A stretch of 64,000 nt of DNA, from positions 12,193,579 to 12,257,578 of the forward strand of contig NC_043026.1 of NCBI RefSeq assembly GCF_006345805.1, read 5' to 3'. A program made the position numbers and the translations under genes. Positions 22,661 to 38,875 of the stretch are shown here, piece by piece (within the stretch, counting starts at the first letter, position 1; every line of letters begins with the position of its first letter). A model generated the notes under the pieces. The model ran no database searches. It saw only the letters and a list, made by a program, of their open reading frames with translations, and had not been told where the DNA came from. Source of the DNA: Octopus sinensis (Eukaryota).

Positions 22661-23046
22661 CTTACTCTTTTACTTGTTTCAGTCATTTGACTGCGGCCAT
22701 GCCGGAGCACCGCCTTTTAGTCAAGCAAATCGACCCTGGGACTTATTCTTTGTAAGCCCAGTACTTATTCTATCGGTCTCTTTTGCCAAACCGCTAAGTG
22801 ACGGGGACGTAAACACATCAGCATCGGTTGTCAAACAATGCTAGGGGGACAAACACAAACACACACACATATATATATATACATATATACGACGGGCTTC
22901 TTTCAGTTTCCGTCTACCAAATCCACTCACAAGGCATTGGTCAGCCCGGGGCTATAGCAGAAGACACTTGCCCAAGATGCCATGCAGTGGGACTGAACCC
23001 GGAACCATGTGGTTGGTTAGCAAGCTACTTACCACACAGCCACTCC
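22661..23046 (-). mobile_element. SINE family A, tail-to-tail with 22240-22648
   Basis: Reverse complement; 12 bp (TA)n spacer. Confidence 0.9.
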
Positions 23047-23075
23047 TATATATATATATATATATGTATATATAT

Positions 23076-23079
<4 letters not shown>

Positions 23080-23106
<27 letters not shown>

Positions 23107-23400
23107 GGGTTGGACGGTTTTATTGGGTCTGTGAAGCCAGAAGGCTTCATCAGGCCCAGTCAAATCTGGCAGTGTTTCTACGGCTGGATGCCCTTCCTAA
23201 CGCCAACCATTCCGTGAGTGTAGTGGGTGCTTTTTACGTGCCACCCGCACAGGTGCCAGACAGAGCTGGCAAACGGACACGAACGGATGGTGCTTTTTAC
23301 GTGCCACCGGCACGAGGCCAGTCGGGGCGGCGCTGGCAACGGTCGCGAAACGGAAGGTTCTCTTACATGCCACCGCCATTGGTAACACATCTGCAATTTC
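23080..23400 (-). mobile_element. family D element with (GAT)n tail
   Basis: (CAT)n then GGATGCCCTTCCTAACGCCAACC core. Confidence 0.7.
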
Positions 23401-23732
23401 CATTGATCGATTTCATATATATATATATACACACACACACAATTTGTGGGGAAGGAGCCAGTTGATTAGATCGACCCCGGTATTTAACTGGTACTTAATT
23501 TATTGACCTTGGCAGAATTTGAACTCATAACATAGTGATGGGTGAAATACTGCTAAGTATTTCGTCAAGTGTGCTGATTCTGCCAGCTACCTGCCTTAAT
23601 AATAATAGTAATAATAATGTAATATAAAGAGTCAAATATTTTGATGAGTGACTTTTGGCCAAACCTGTATAATGTAACACAGTATGAAAGTGTTGCTGTA
23701 CTCTTAACTTCAAATAAGGTTATATAATGTAA

Positions 23733-24245
23733 CTAGCAGTATCGCCCGGCGTTGCTCGGGTTTGTAAGGGAAATAGCTATATAAGCATTTTTAGAGAGTT
23801 ACTTCCCTTATAGATGCCAATTCGGGTTTTCTTAGCCATTTCTGTTTTGGTGTCTTCAAGCCATGAAGTCGTTGTTCTGAAAGAACGCTGGTCTCCTTGA
23901 CAACACTTTACGACGTTGATTTCCTTACACTCCCTTCCCCACAGCTTCATGAGGGAGGGAAGAAGGGGGAGAAGCAAACAGATGCAGGTGTGAGCGTGGA
24001 CGCCAACTCCGCCACCATCAACACACAAAAAATTATGCATTAAAATGGAATAAAAAATGATGTTAAATTATCTTTAAAATCGTAGACTCATCGTAGACGC
24101 GCGCTAATACTCAGACGGGCTCGATATGAATCACGACTATAAGATACCCGAATTTGGTTAAACTGCACCGCAAAATGTGGGAGTAGTTAGGAATCTAAAT
24201 CGAAGGGGACAGACACTCACACAACTACAGTTTTATATATATAGA
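23733..24245 (-). mobile_element. non-autonomous Helitron
   Basis: 5' TC, 3' CTAG preceded by hairpin CCCGAGCAACGCCGGG, inserted in A|T. Confidence 0.85.
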
Positions 24246-24621
24246 TTTTAACAAATGTATAATTTAATTTCAATTGTTCAGGTAAGGGTTTATATCTGTT
24301 GTTTATCATGACAGAAATGTTGTAAGATTTCTATTGTTAGGTCTCAATGTTTGCAGTTTTCTCTGTAGTTTATGGTTTTTCTCTCTTATTTCCAGATAAC
24401 ATTGGAATCAAAGGACATTTTTTTACCATCGTTTATGAAAACTGAAGGAAAATATACACAGCGGACATAACTATGTTCATATAAATCTTTTTACAATCCC
24501 TATAAAATATTTTCTCTGACTGGTGTTATTAGCAAAATATTTCTGCATCACTGTCTGGAAAATGTATTAAAATTTGATCTTGAATTTTATTTGAACTTGG
24601 ATTACAAAAGGACTTTCAGCA

Positions 24622-25035
24622 TACTCTCTTTACTCTCTTTTACTCTTTTTACTTGTTTCAGTCATTTGACTGCGGCCATGCTGGAGCACCGCCTTTAGTC
24701 GAGCAAATCGACCCCGGGACTTATTCTTTGTAAGCCCAGTACTTATTGTATCGGTCTCTTTCGCCGAACCGCTAAGTGACAGGGACGTAAACACACCAGC
24801 ATCGGTTGTCAAGCAATGCTAGGGGAACAAACACAGACACACAAACACACACATACATATATATATATACATATATACGACAGGCTTCTTTCAGTTTCCG
24901 TCTACCAAATCCACTCGCAAGGCATTAGTCGGCCCGGAGCTATAGCAGAAGACACTTGCCCAAGATGCCACGCAGTGGGACTGAACCCGGAACCATGTGG
25001 TTGGTTAGCAAGCTACTTACCAAACAGCCACTCCT
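24622..25035 (-). mobile_element. SINE family A in the putative ZNF 5'-UTR exon
   Basis: Matches A consensus. Confidence 0.88.
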
Positions 25036-25166
25036 TCAGGTTTGGACTAATATCACAGTGGATGGATGGAAAATATACAGAATAAATATTTGTTGGAAAC
25101 AGGATTAGAAGTTGAAAGGGAGACAAAGAAGAAAAAAAGCATCTGATAAAAATATCTGGATATATC

Positions 25167-25583
25167 TGTTTCTTTATTGCCCACGAGGGGCTAAACACAG
25201 AGGGGACAAACAAGGACAGACAAACGGATTAAGTCGATTACATCGACCCCAGTGCGTATCTGGTACTTAATTTATCGACCCCGAAAAGGATGAAAGGCAA
25301 ATTCGACCTCGGCGGAATTTGAACTCAGAACGTAGCGACTAACGAAATAACTATTTTTTTACTACCCACAAGGGGCTAAACACAGAGGGGACAAACAAGG
25401 ACAGACAAATGGATTAAGTCGATTACATCGACCCCAGTGCGTAACTGGTACTTTATTTATCGACCCCGAAAAGGATGAAAGGCAAAGTCGACCTCGGCGG
25501 AATTTGAACTCAGAACGCAACGACAGACACAATACCGCTAAGCATTTCGCCCGGTGTGCTAACGTTTCTTCCATTCGCCGCCT
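25167..25583 (-). mobile_element. SINE family B dimer with 14 bp TSD, just upstream of the ZNF ATG
   Basis: TSD TATCTGGATATATC at 25153-25166 and 25584-25597. Confidence 0.92.
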
Positions 25584-25609
25584 TATCTGGATATATCAGC
25601 GAAAGAAAA

Positions 25610-29601
<3,992 letters not shown>

Positions 29602-29721
29602 ATTAAACCAATGCTCTCACACAAGAAAGAAGGCTGGTCATCTCGATACTGTAACTGCACCTGTGTAATCATACAGAAGATTAATTGTATCACTGACAAA
29701 AGTCATTCTCTAAATGAAATA

Positions 29722-30238
29722 TCTATATATATAAAACTGTAGTTGTGTGAGTGTCTGTCTCCTACGATTTAGATTCCTAACTCCTCCCACATTTTGCGGT
29801 GCAGTTTAACCAAATTCGGGTATCTTATAGTCGTGATTCATATCGAGCCCGTCTGAGTATTAGCGTGCGTCTACGATGAGTCTATGATTTTAAAAATAAT
29901 TTAACATCATTTTTTATTCCATTTTAATGCATAATTTTTCGTGTGTCGATGGTGGCGGAGTTGGCGTCCACGCTCAAACACCTGCACCTGTGTTTGCTTC
30001 TCCCCCTTCTTCCCTCCCTCGTGAAGCTGTGGGGAAGGGAGTGTAAGGAAATCAACGTCGTAAAGCGTTGTCAAGGAGACCAGCGTTCTTTTAGAACAAC
30101 GACTTCATGGCTTGAAGACACCAAAACAGAAATGGCTAAGAAAGCCCGAATTGGCATCTATAAGGGAAGTAACTCTCTAAAAATGCTTATATAGTTATTT
30201 CCCTTACAAACCCGAGCAACGCCGGGCGATACTGATAG
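29722..30238 (+). mobile_element. non-autonomous Helitron 120 bp past the ZNF stop
   Basis: 5' TC; hairpin then ATAG (CTAG variant). Confidence 0.85.
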
Positions 30239-30307
30239 TATAAAAATAAATGTATTAGAAGGTTTGGAGATGATTTACAGGTATTACATATTAGAAGAAA
30301 TAAGGTA

Positions 30308-30656
30308 CAGTCAACTCTCGCTACTATGCCAGTTTTGCGCAGTCCCGGCCAAATAATAAACAAAAAATTTTTACTATGCCACCCTCAACTCTCGCTACTA
30401 TGCCAGTTTTGCGCGGTCCCGGCCAAATAATAAACAAAAAATTTTGACTATGCCTCCCTCAACTCTCGCTACTATGCCTCTTGTAAACTGAAGCGCACGC
30501 AACTTTTCGAAATTTTGTACTCCTACATTTTGTACATTTCGTATTTGTAATCTTGCGGAAAAGTTCAGAAAGTAGCACACAATGTCAGCTCAGAAACGCA
30601 AGCGGACTGAGTTTACGCTGAAGGAAAAGGAGATTATCGATGCTGCGAAAAACGTT
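30308..30656 (+). mobile_element. Tigger/pogo 5' fragment with 74 bp subterminal repeats
   Basis: TA|CAGTCAACTCTCG end; ORF start MSAQKRKRTEFTLKEKEII resembles the CENP-B-type HTH. Confidence 0.7.
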
Positions 30657-30695
30657 ATTGTTGGGCCCCTCGTATCATTAGTAATATTAGTAATA

Positions 30696-30871
30696 AAGCG
30701 TTGTCAAGGAGACCAGCGTTCTTTTAGAACAACGACTTCATGGCTTGAAGACACCAAAACAGAAATGGCTAAGAAAGTTCGAATTGGCATCTATAAGGGA
30801 AGTAACTCTCTAAAAATGCTTATATAGCTATTTCCCTTACAAACCCGAGCAACGCCGGGCGATACTGCTAG
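30696..30871 (+). mobile_element. Helitron 3' fragment
   Basis: Hairpin plus CTAG at 30868-30871. Confidence 0.8.
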
Positions 30872-31059
30872 TGATTTATAAAAACATGTGACATTCTAAT
30901 AAATATCCGTAAATATAAAACCATCCGGATTTCTGAGTACCTCATATCTTTCTAATATATAATACCTGTAAATCATCTCCAAACCTTCTAATACATTTAT
31001 TTTCATATATTTCTTTTAGAGAATGACTTTTGTCAAACAAAAGTATCCCATCCAATTTT

Positions 31060-31305
31060 CTCTATAGGTTGAGGTTTGTGTTACAAAGTAACACAATGAA
31101 GTTTGGACAAAAATCTTACCACCAGGTGAGGGGTTGTGTCATGGGTAACCCCATGGCAGTTAATTTTGCTAATGTCTTCATAACGAAATTCAAGATAGTT
31201 ACTGAAGACTTTCAAATCCCTACTTGGTCACGAACCACTGCTCTGGTTACAGTTCATTGATGATATCTTTTTAGCCTGGGAATAATCATGGGATATTTTA
31301 ATTGA
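31060..31305 (+). mobile_element. Penelope-like reverse transcriptase relic
   Basis: LRFVLQSNTMKFGQKSYHQVRGCVMGNPMAVNFANVF, then (other frame) QFIDDIFLAW with FIDD at 31253-31264. Confidence 0.75.
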
Positions 31306-31317
31306 CTTCTTGCATTT

Positions 31318-31682
31318 CTCTCTTTTACTCGTTTCAGTCATTCGACTGCGGCCATGCTGGAGCACCGCCTTTAGTCGAGCAAATCGACCCCGGGACTTAT
31401 TCTTTGTAAGTCCAGTACTTATTCTATCGGTCTCTTTTTGCCGAACCGCTAAGTAACGGGGACGTAAACACACCAGCATCAGTTGTCAAGCAATGCTAGG
31501 GGTACAAACACAGACACACACACATATATACGACAAGCTTCTTTCAGTTTCCGTCTACCAAATCCACTCACAAGGCATTGGTCGGCCCGGGGCTATAGCA
31601 GAAGACACTCACCCAAGATGCCACGCAGTGGGACTGAACCCGGAACCATGTGGTTGGTTAGCAAGCTACTTACCACACAGCT
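31318..31682 (-). mobile_element. SINE family A
   Basis: Matches A consensus. Confidence 0.88.
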
Positions 31683-31914
31683 GTGACTGTTATGCTAAAA
31701 ACTATGGCTTTATGTCCTACATAAAATTTACGTTTAGTTTTTCAAAAACCATAGTTGAAAAGAAATATGTTTGCAGGTTATTAGCATCTTGCCCTGGAGG
31801 GATGAATAAAATGATAGGAGAATTTCATAATATTTACTAAATATTCTTTTCCTTTTTCCAGTTGTAAAATTGATAACTAAAGACTGATGGTGTTATTCTG
31901 TCAATGTGGGATTG

Positions 31915-33190
31915 ACTGCAGCCATGCTGGAGCATTGCCGTAAAGGGTTTTAGTTGAAGAAATCGATTCCAGGACTTATTCTTTGTAAGCCTTGCACTTA
32001 TTCTATTGGTCCCTTTTGCCAAAATCGTAAGTTATGGGGATGCAAACACACCAGCATTATACCACTTGAGGTGAGACATATTTGCCCTGTTTTATAAAAC
32101 AAATTTCAAACAGATGTCGGGACTCAAAAACCACTTAAGTGCTCGTGTAAAGCAAAAACACATCTAAAAAGATGGATACACATGTACTTGTATATGATAT
32201 GGTTCCGGGTTCAGTCCCACTGCGTGGCATCTTGGGCAAGTGTCTTCTGCTATAGCCCCAGGCAGACCAATGCCTTGTGAGTGGATTTGGTAGATGGAAA
32301 CTGGAAGAATTTTTTGCATTCATATAATTTTGAATTTCTCTGTGACATTTTTCATTTTGAACTCAATAAAGACAGGCAAGCTGTTGAAATATCATTCAAA
32401 CCAATAAAATATCCATTGCACTCTTCATATTGTCTCTCTTTTACTTGTTTCAGTCATTTGACTGCGGCCATGCTGGAGCACCGCCTTTAGTCGAGCAAAT
32501 CGACCCCGTGACTTATTCTTTTGTAAGCCCGGTACTTATTCTATCGGTCTCTTTTCTCTTTTACTTGTTTCAGTCATTTGACTGTGGCCATGCTGGAGCA
32601 CCGCCTTTAGTCGAGCAAATTGACCCCGTGACTTATTCTTTGTAAGCCCAGTACTTATTCTATCGGTCTCTTTTGCCGAACCGCTAAGTGATGGGGACAT
32701 AAACACACCAGCATCGGTTGTCAGGCAATGCTAGGGGGACAAACGCAGACACATACACACACATATATATATATACATACATATATACGACGGGCTTCTT
32801 TCAGTTTCCGTCTACCAAATCCACTCACAAGGCATTGGTTGGCCCGGGGCTATAGCAGAAGACACTTGCCCAAGATGCCACGCAGTGGGACTGAACCCGG
32901 AACCATATCATGTACAAGTACATGTGTATCCATCTTTTTAGATGTGTTTTTGCTTTACACGAGCACTTAAGTGGTTTTTGAGTCCCGACATCTGTTTGAA
33001 ATTTGTTTTATAAAACAGGGCAAATATGTCTCACCTCAAGTGGTATAATGCTGTGTGTTTGCATCCCCATAACTTACGATTTTGGCAAAAGGGACCAATA
33101 GAATAAGTGCAAGGCTTACAAAGAATAAGTCCTGGAACCGATTTTTTCAACTAAAACCCTTTAAGGCAGTGAGTGCTCCAGTATGGCTGC
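31915..33190. repeat. inverted duplication, arms about 31915-32310 and 32795-33190
   Basis: About 140 bp of non-SINE DNA and both its SINE junctions appear in both arms as reverse complements. Confidence 0.85.
32425..32908 (-). mobile_element. SINE family A with duplicated 3' 115 bp and clipped head
   Basis: Tail segment repeated near 32555. Confidence 0.85.
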
Positions 33191-33336
33191 AGGTAAATAA
33201 CTGAAACAAGTAGAAGAATAAAGACTTATAATCTTGATGTTCTGTTCAATAGAATTGATTAAATATCTGCTGATTTCAGAAGGCTTATTGAGAAGTTCTG
33301 AGTGAAGCTCCACCCAGCATTTTTGAGTAGACACAT

Positions 33337-34215
33337 CATCGTTTAGCGTCCGCTTTCCATGCTGCCATGGGTTGGACGGTTCAACTGGGGTCTGGGAAGC
33401 CAAAAGGCTGCACCAGGATCCAGTCTGATCTGGCAATGTTTCTACGGCTGGATGCCCTTCCTAACGCCAACCACTCCATGAGTGTAGTGGGTGCTTTTTA
33501 TGTGCCACCGGCACAATGCCAGACGAGGCTGGCAAACGGCCATGATCGGATGGTGCTTTTTACATGCCACCAGCACGGAGGCCAGGCAAGGCTGGCAAAC
33601 GGCCACGATCGGATGGTGCTTTTTACATGCCACCAGCACGGAGGCCAGGCAAGGCTGGCAAACGGCCACGATCGGATGGTGCTTTTTACATGCCACCAGC
33701 ACGGAGGCCAGGCAAGGCTGGCAAACGGCCACGATCGGATGGTGCTTTTTACATGCCACCAGCACGGAGGCCAGGCAAGGCTGGCAAACGGCCACGATCG
33801 GATGGTGCTTTTTACATGCCACCAGCACGGAGGCCAGGCAAGGCTGGCAACGGCCACGATCGGATGGTGCTTTTTACATGCCACCAGCACGGAGGCCAGG
33901 CAAGGCTGGCAAACGGCCACGATCGGATGGTACTTTTTACATGCCACCAGCACGGAGGCCAGGCAAGGCTGGCAAACGGCCACGATCGGATGGTGCTTTT
34001 TACATGCCACCAGCACGGAGGCCAGGCAAGGCTGGCAAACGGCCACGATCGGATGGTGCTTTTTACATGCCACCAGCACGGAGGCCAGGCAAGGCTGGCA
34101 AACGGCCACGATCGGATGGTACTTTTTACATGCCACCAGCACGGAGGCCAGGCAAGGCTGGCAAACGGCCACGATCGGATGGTGCTTTTTACGTGCCACC
34201 AGCATGGAGGCCAGG
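33337..34215 (-). mobile_element. family D element with expanded internal minisatellite
   Basis: CATCATCGTTTAGCGTCCGC tail at 33337; core as in 23080. Confidence 0.75.
33531..34215. repeat. 63 bp GC-rich minisatellite, about 11 copies
   Basis: GGCAAACGGCCACGATCGG every 63 bp from 33531 to 34160; one 1 bp deletion near 33849. Confidence 0.95.
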
Positions 34216-34229
34216 CGAATCTTTATATA

Positions 34230-35212
34230 AAGTGTTGAACCTTCTCTTGAGCACATCCTTAGATGTATTAAACAATGTCATTTGAAATGCAGAGTTGTAA
34301 TGTTTAATATTGTTCAGAAAATCCTTTGACTGGATGGAAGTGCCTTTCAGAAGATCCATAAGAGATTGAGGAGGAGCTGGTGGTGCTGATAATCTTACCT
34401 TACCTATTTCTTTACTACCCACAAGGGGCTAAACAAGGACAGACATAGGTATTAAGTCGATTACTTCGACCCCAGTGCGTAACTGGTACTTAATTTATCG
34501 ACCCCGAAAGGATGTAAGGCAAAGTCGATCTCGGCGGAATTTGAACTCACAACGTAACGGCAGACGAAATACCTATCTCTTTACTTCCCACAAGGGGCTA
34601 AACACAGAGGGGACAAACAAGGACAGACATAGGTATTAAGTCGATTACTTCGACTCCAGTGCGTAACTGGTACTTAATTTATCGACCCCGAAAGGATGAA
34701 AGGCAAAGTCGACCTCGGCAGAATTTGAACTCAGAACGTAACGGCAGACAAAATATCTATTTCTTTATTACCCACAAGGGGCTAAACACAGAGGGGACAA
34801 ACAAGGACAGACATAGGTATTAAGTTGATTACATCGACTCCAGTGCGTAACTGGTACTTAATTTATCGACCCTGAAAGGATGAAAGGCAAAATCGACCTC
34901 GGCGGAATTTGAACTCAGAACGTAACGGCAGATGAAATACCGCTAAGCGTTTCGCCCGGCGTGCTAACGTTTCTGCCAGCTCGCCGCCTTACCACCTGAG
35001 CAGCACATGCCAATGGTTTCCTTTGAAAAATTTGGGAAAGTCTCATCTTGCTGCTGTCTTGAGACTCCATTTAACATGCTGCAGCATGCATTTGCTGATC
35101 TTGAGAAAGTCTCATCTCCTTTCTCTCTTGAGACTCTCGCCTTCAGTTTTCTACAACCCCCCTCACTTTATTGTTGATTCTGGAGAGATTACATCTTTTC
35201 TTTGGTGGCATC
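34230..35212 (-). mobile_element. N-terminal relic of a Helitron RepHel ORF, split by a SINE-B trimer
   Basis: MPPKKRCNLSR near 35212; GMCCSGGK joined across the SINE to VRLSAPPAPPQSLMDLLKG...FLNNIKHYNSAFQMT. Confidence 0.7.
34405..34990 (-). mobile_element. SINE family B trimer
   Basis: Head at 34990, junctions near 34572 and 34756; CTTACC on both flanks. Confidence 0.88.
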
Positions 35213-35227
35213 TTTCAATATTGTAAA

Positions 35228-35598
35228 CAAAGTAGCTTGCTAACCAACCACATGGTTCCGGGTTCAGTCCCACTGCGTGGCACCTTGGGCAAGTGTCTTC
35301 TACTATAGCCTCGGGCCGACCAAAGCCTTGTGAGTGGATTTGGTAGACGGAAACTGAAAGAAGCCCGTCGTATATATGTATATATATACATGTATGTGTG
35401 TGTGTTTGTATGTCCATGTTTGTCCCCCTAGCATTGCTTGACAACCGATGCTGGTGTGTTTATGTCCCTGTCACTTAGCAGTTCGGCAAAAGAGACCAAT
35501 AGATTAAGTACTGGGCTTACAAAAGAATAAGTCCCGGGGTCGAGTTGCTCGATTACAGGCGGTGCTCCAGTCAAATGACTGAAACAAGTAAAAGAGTA
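35228..35598 (+). mobile_element. SINE family A
   Basis: Matches A consensus. Confidence 0.85.
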
Positions 35599-35920
35599 TA
35601 GAAAAAAATTATACATTAATCTCCACTTTCGTAAGCAGTTGTATGTATGTGGTATAAACAATATTATAGCCTTATCAAAAGTAAAATAAAAGTGAAACGA
35701 TATTATATTGCTGGAAAAAAAATAGAAGTCAAAAGTGAAAGAATAAAAGTAAAACTATCATACTGCTGAAAAAAAAGGGTCACATAAGTGGAGTACTCAG
35801 CACCCCGCTGAGCAAAGAAAAACCTTCATGCTAAATTTGGTACAGATCGATCCAGCAGTTTGGCTGTGCATAGAGTAAACACACATACACACACAGTGAA
35901 TTTTATAATATATATATATT

Positions 35921-36151
35921 TGTTTCTTTATTGCCCACAAGGGGCAAAACACAGAGGGGACAAACAAGGACAGACAAACGAATTAAGTCGATTACATCGA
36001 CCCCAGTGCGTAACTGGTATTTAATTTATCGACCTCGAAAGGATGAAAGGTAAAGTCGACTTCGGCGGAATTTGAACTCAGAACGTAACGGCAGACAAAA
36101 TACGGCTATGCATTTCGCCCGGCATGCTAACGGTTCTGCCAGCTCACCGCC
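35921..36151 (-). mobile_element. SINE family B monomer with 20 bp AT-rich TSD
   Basis: TTTTATAATATATATATATT at 35901-35920 and 36152-36171. Confidence 0.85.
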
Positions 36152-36169
36152 TTTTATAATATATATATA

Positions 36170-36372
36170 TTAGGTTGGGGCATAATTAATTGTGGCTCTT
36201 ATTCAATAAATTTTATTCAAACAAAAAATTTAAACAGAATGCAGCACAGAAATTGAAGTAGATGGTGAATATGCTCCAGAATAATCATTTAAAGATATTT
36301 TTGTTAAATGTTATTGTTTTTGTTGAATAAAATTTATTGAAAAAAAACCGCAATAATTATGCATCAATCTAA
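36170..36372. mobile_element. mariner-derived MITE
   Basis: TTAGGTTGGGGCATAATTAATTGTGG / CCGCAATAATTATGCATCAATCTAA ends resemble the Hsmar1/MADE1-type TIR; TA site. Confidence 0.75.
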
Positions 36373-36446
36373 TTTAATTATCAGATTTAACTATTATCGT
36401 TAATCCTGGATATTTACTACGTATCACATGACTGATGGATTCAGTA

Positions 36447-36962
36447 TCTCTATATATATAAACGGCAGTTTGTCTGTCGGTGTGTCTGTCAGGTTGTACC
36501 CTCACCCTGACCACAGCTTTCAACTGATTCTGATGAAACTTGACACACACATAGCCCAATGTCATAATTCAAAACTAACGCAGCGAAAATTTTGAAAAAT
36601 TCCCCCAGTTCTGAAAAAAATCGATAAATTCGACATGGGGTCGAGAATCTAAGCTTTTTATTTGCAACGCATTTTCTGTTGTAGTTTTCGCAACTTGCAA
36701 TCGATTTTCACCAAACTCATGGTGAAGCTTAATGTTACCCTAAGAAGCTTAATTCTGACGTTAGTTTTCCATGCAATACCTTACCATTAGAAAAAAATCG
36801 ATAAAATCATGCCATTTGGGGAAATCGCGTTCAAATTCAAGATGACATATTTTCGACAATATCTTTCTCAAATTGGCAGGAATCTTTTTTAAATTCACAG
36901 CGAGCATCATGTCTGCTCCAGGGGCTCTTACATACCCGGACAATGCCGGGCTATGCTGCTAG
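36447..36962 (+). mobile_element. non-autonomous Helitron, second subfamily
   Basis: 5' TC; hairpin CCCGGACAATGCCGGG; CTAG at 36959-36962. Confidence 0.82.
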
Positions 36963-37194
36963 TACTTACTATATGGTAGTTGCATTCTATGTCATCAAAA
37001 TTTGTGTTGAATATATTTTATATATTATAATAAGACAAATACAACAGAACAATATTCAAGAAATGCATTATTATTTATAAAATTATATCCATTAACCAAT
37101 CAATTTATACCTAATTTCACTTTTTTATTTAATTTATTTTAATTACAATTATTAAAAAAAACCCTTCTTATTATATACATACATATATCACGTT

Positions 37195-37457
37195 ATCACA
37201 TGACCGACCAGACCATCAGATGTTTTAGCCTTCAAATGACGCCACCCCGCTGTCTAAGCGAGCAGGCCAACAGAAGAAAGAGTGAGAGAAAGTGTGGTGA
37301 AAGAGTACAGCAGGGATCACCACCCCCTGCCGGAGCCTCGTGGAGCTTTTAGGTGTTTTCGCTCAATAAACACTCACAACGCCCGGTCTAGGAATCGAAA
37401 CCGCGATCCTACAACCGCGAGTCCGCTGCCCTAACCACTAGGCCATTGCGCCTCCAC
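37195..37457 (-). mobile_element. SINE family F (head shared with C, different body)
   Basis: Second copy at 62306-62575. Confidence 0.8.
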
Positions 37458-37487
37458 ACACACACACATATATATATATGATATGGT

Positions 37488-38875
37488 TTCTTCACTGAAT
37501 GAATGCATTTGTGTCCACTTGAGGTACTTGAATCAATGAATGAGTTACTGCAAATATTACAGTTATAAGGATTCCAACCTGGGGTGGAGCAAGTGAGGCA
37601 CATACCCTGAGTCCCACAGTTTTTAAAAACAGTTATTTTTTCTATGCGAGTTCCCACATTTTGGTGGGGGTGACACACAATTTTGATGATTGCCCTGGGT
37701 GCTGTTTACCCCAGCTACACCCTTGCCTCTATGAATGTGTTTGTATATAGTTATGATACTTTCATCAGAGCAGGATTTATCAAAGATACCATGGTAATAT
37801 GTTTTCTCTCCGGTATGAATACATAGTGAAGATGCCGACGACCGCTTGGTTCAAAGTTTCTCTTGACCAGAAATGGCCTGAACTCTTTGTATGACCAACT
37901 TCCCTGTACATAATTCCCTGTCCCCCTATATGGCTTTGCTTTTGCTTTTTGAGCCAATAAAAATTGAATTGAATTGAATTTGTGTGTGTCTGTGTGTGTG
38001 TGAGTTGTTATTACTTACAGGGAATAATGTACCACAGATATCCCAAATTCTGTATGAATGTACTTGTGTTCAATTAAATAATCAACTTGAGAGAATGATT
38101 CACCACAAATATTTTTTGTTGTGTTTGTTCCTTCTCAAGCCATGCCTGGCTCATAAGGGCCGGTTTCCCGGTTTCTTGGCATACAGGCTCCCCACTGGGA
38201 CGGGACGCCGGTCAATCGCAGGCGAGCTGCAAGATGCAGGAGGAAAGAGTGAGAGAAAGTTGTGGGGAAAGAGTCAGCAGAAGTTTCGCCATTACCTTCT
38301 GACGGAGCGGCGTGGAGCTTAGGTGTTTTCGCTCATAAACACACACATTGCCCGGTCTGAGATTCGAACCCATGATCCCTCGACCGTGAGTCCGCAGCTC
38401 TAACCACTAGGCCATATATGTAAGCTGTATTCATTTTGTATGAATGTTATTTCTGTTCCTTCTCGAGCCATGCCTGGCTCATTAGAGCCGGTTTCCCGGT
38501 TTCCTTGGCGTATAGGTTCCCCACCTGGACAGGACGCCGGTCCTTCACAGATGAGTTGCAAGATGCAGGAGGAAAGAGTGAGAGAAAGTTGTGGTGAAAG
38601 AGTCAGCAGAAGTTTCGCCATTACCTTCTGCCGGAGCCGCGTGGAGCTTAGGTGTTTTGCTCATAAACACACACATTGTCCGGTCTGAGATTCGAACCCG
38701 CGATCCCTTGACTGTGAGTCCACTACTCTAATCACTAGGCCATGTGCCTCCACTACCACAAATATCAGTGATATGGTGTATTTCTATGTATGAATGTGTT
38801 TGGTAATAGGAAGGCAATCATTTCAATAGGGGGATTTACTATAGATATTGCAATGTTATAGCTTCTCTCTTGTAT
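37488..38875 (-). pseudogene. trail of degenerate C2H2 fingers downstream of the 39083 ZNF gene
   Basis: HTREKL*HCNIYSKS (38875 down), [20 protein letters not shown] (38112 down), PYNCNICSNSFIDSSTSSGHKCIHSVKKPYH (37580 down). Confidence 0.7.
38113..38752 (-). mobile_element. two SINE family C copies with a short spacer, bounded by one 11 bp direct repeat
   Basis: ACCACAAATAT on both sides (ending 38112, and just after 38752). Confidence 0.8.

Noticed and set aside
25556-25609. ORF-track N-terminal extension of the 25610 gene (and the TTG start at 9341)
   Set aside because: Non-ATG starts; the extension is SINE head plus TSD. The ATGs at 25610 and 9335 align with paralog starts.
33531-34215. 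Possible CRISPR-like array or repeat-protein gene
   Set aside because: No unique spacers, no cas genes, eukaryotic context; the ORFs are the reading frames of a TE minisatellite.
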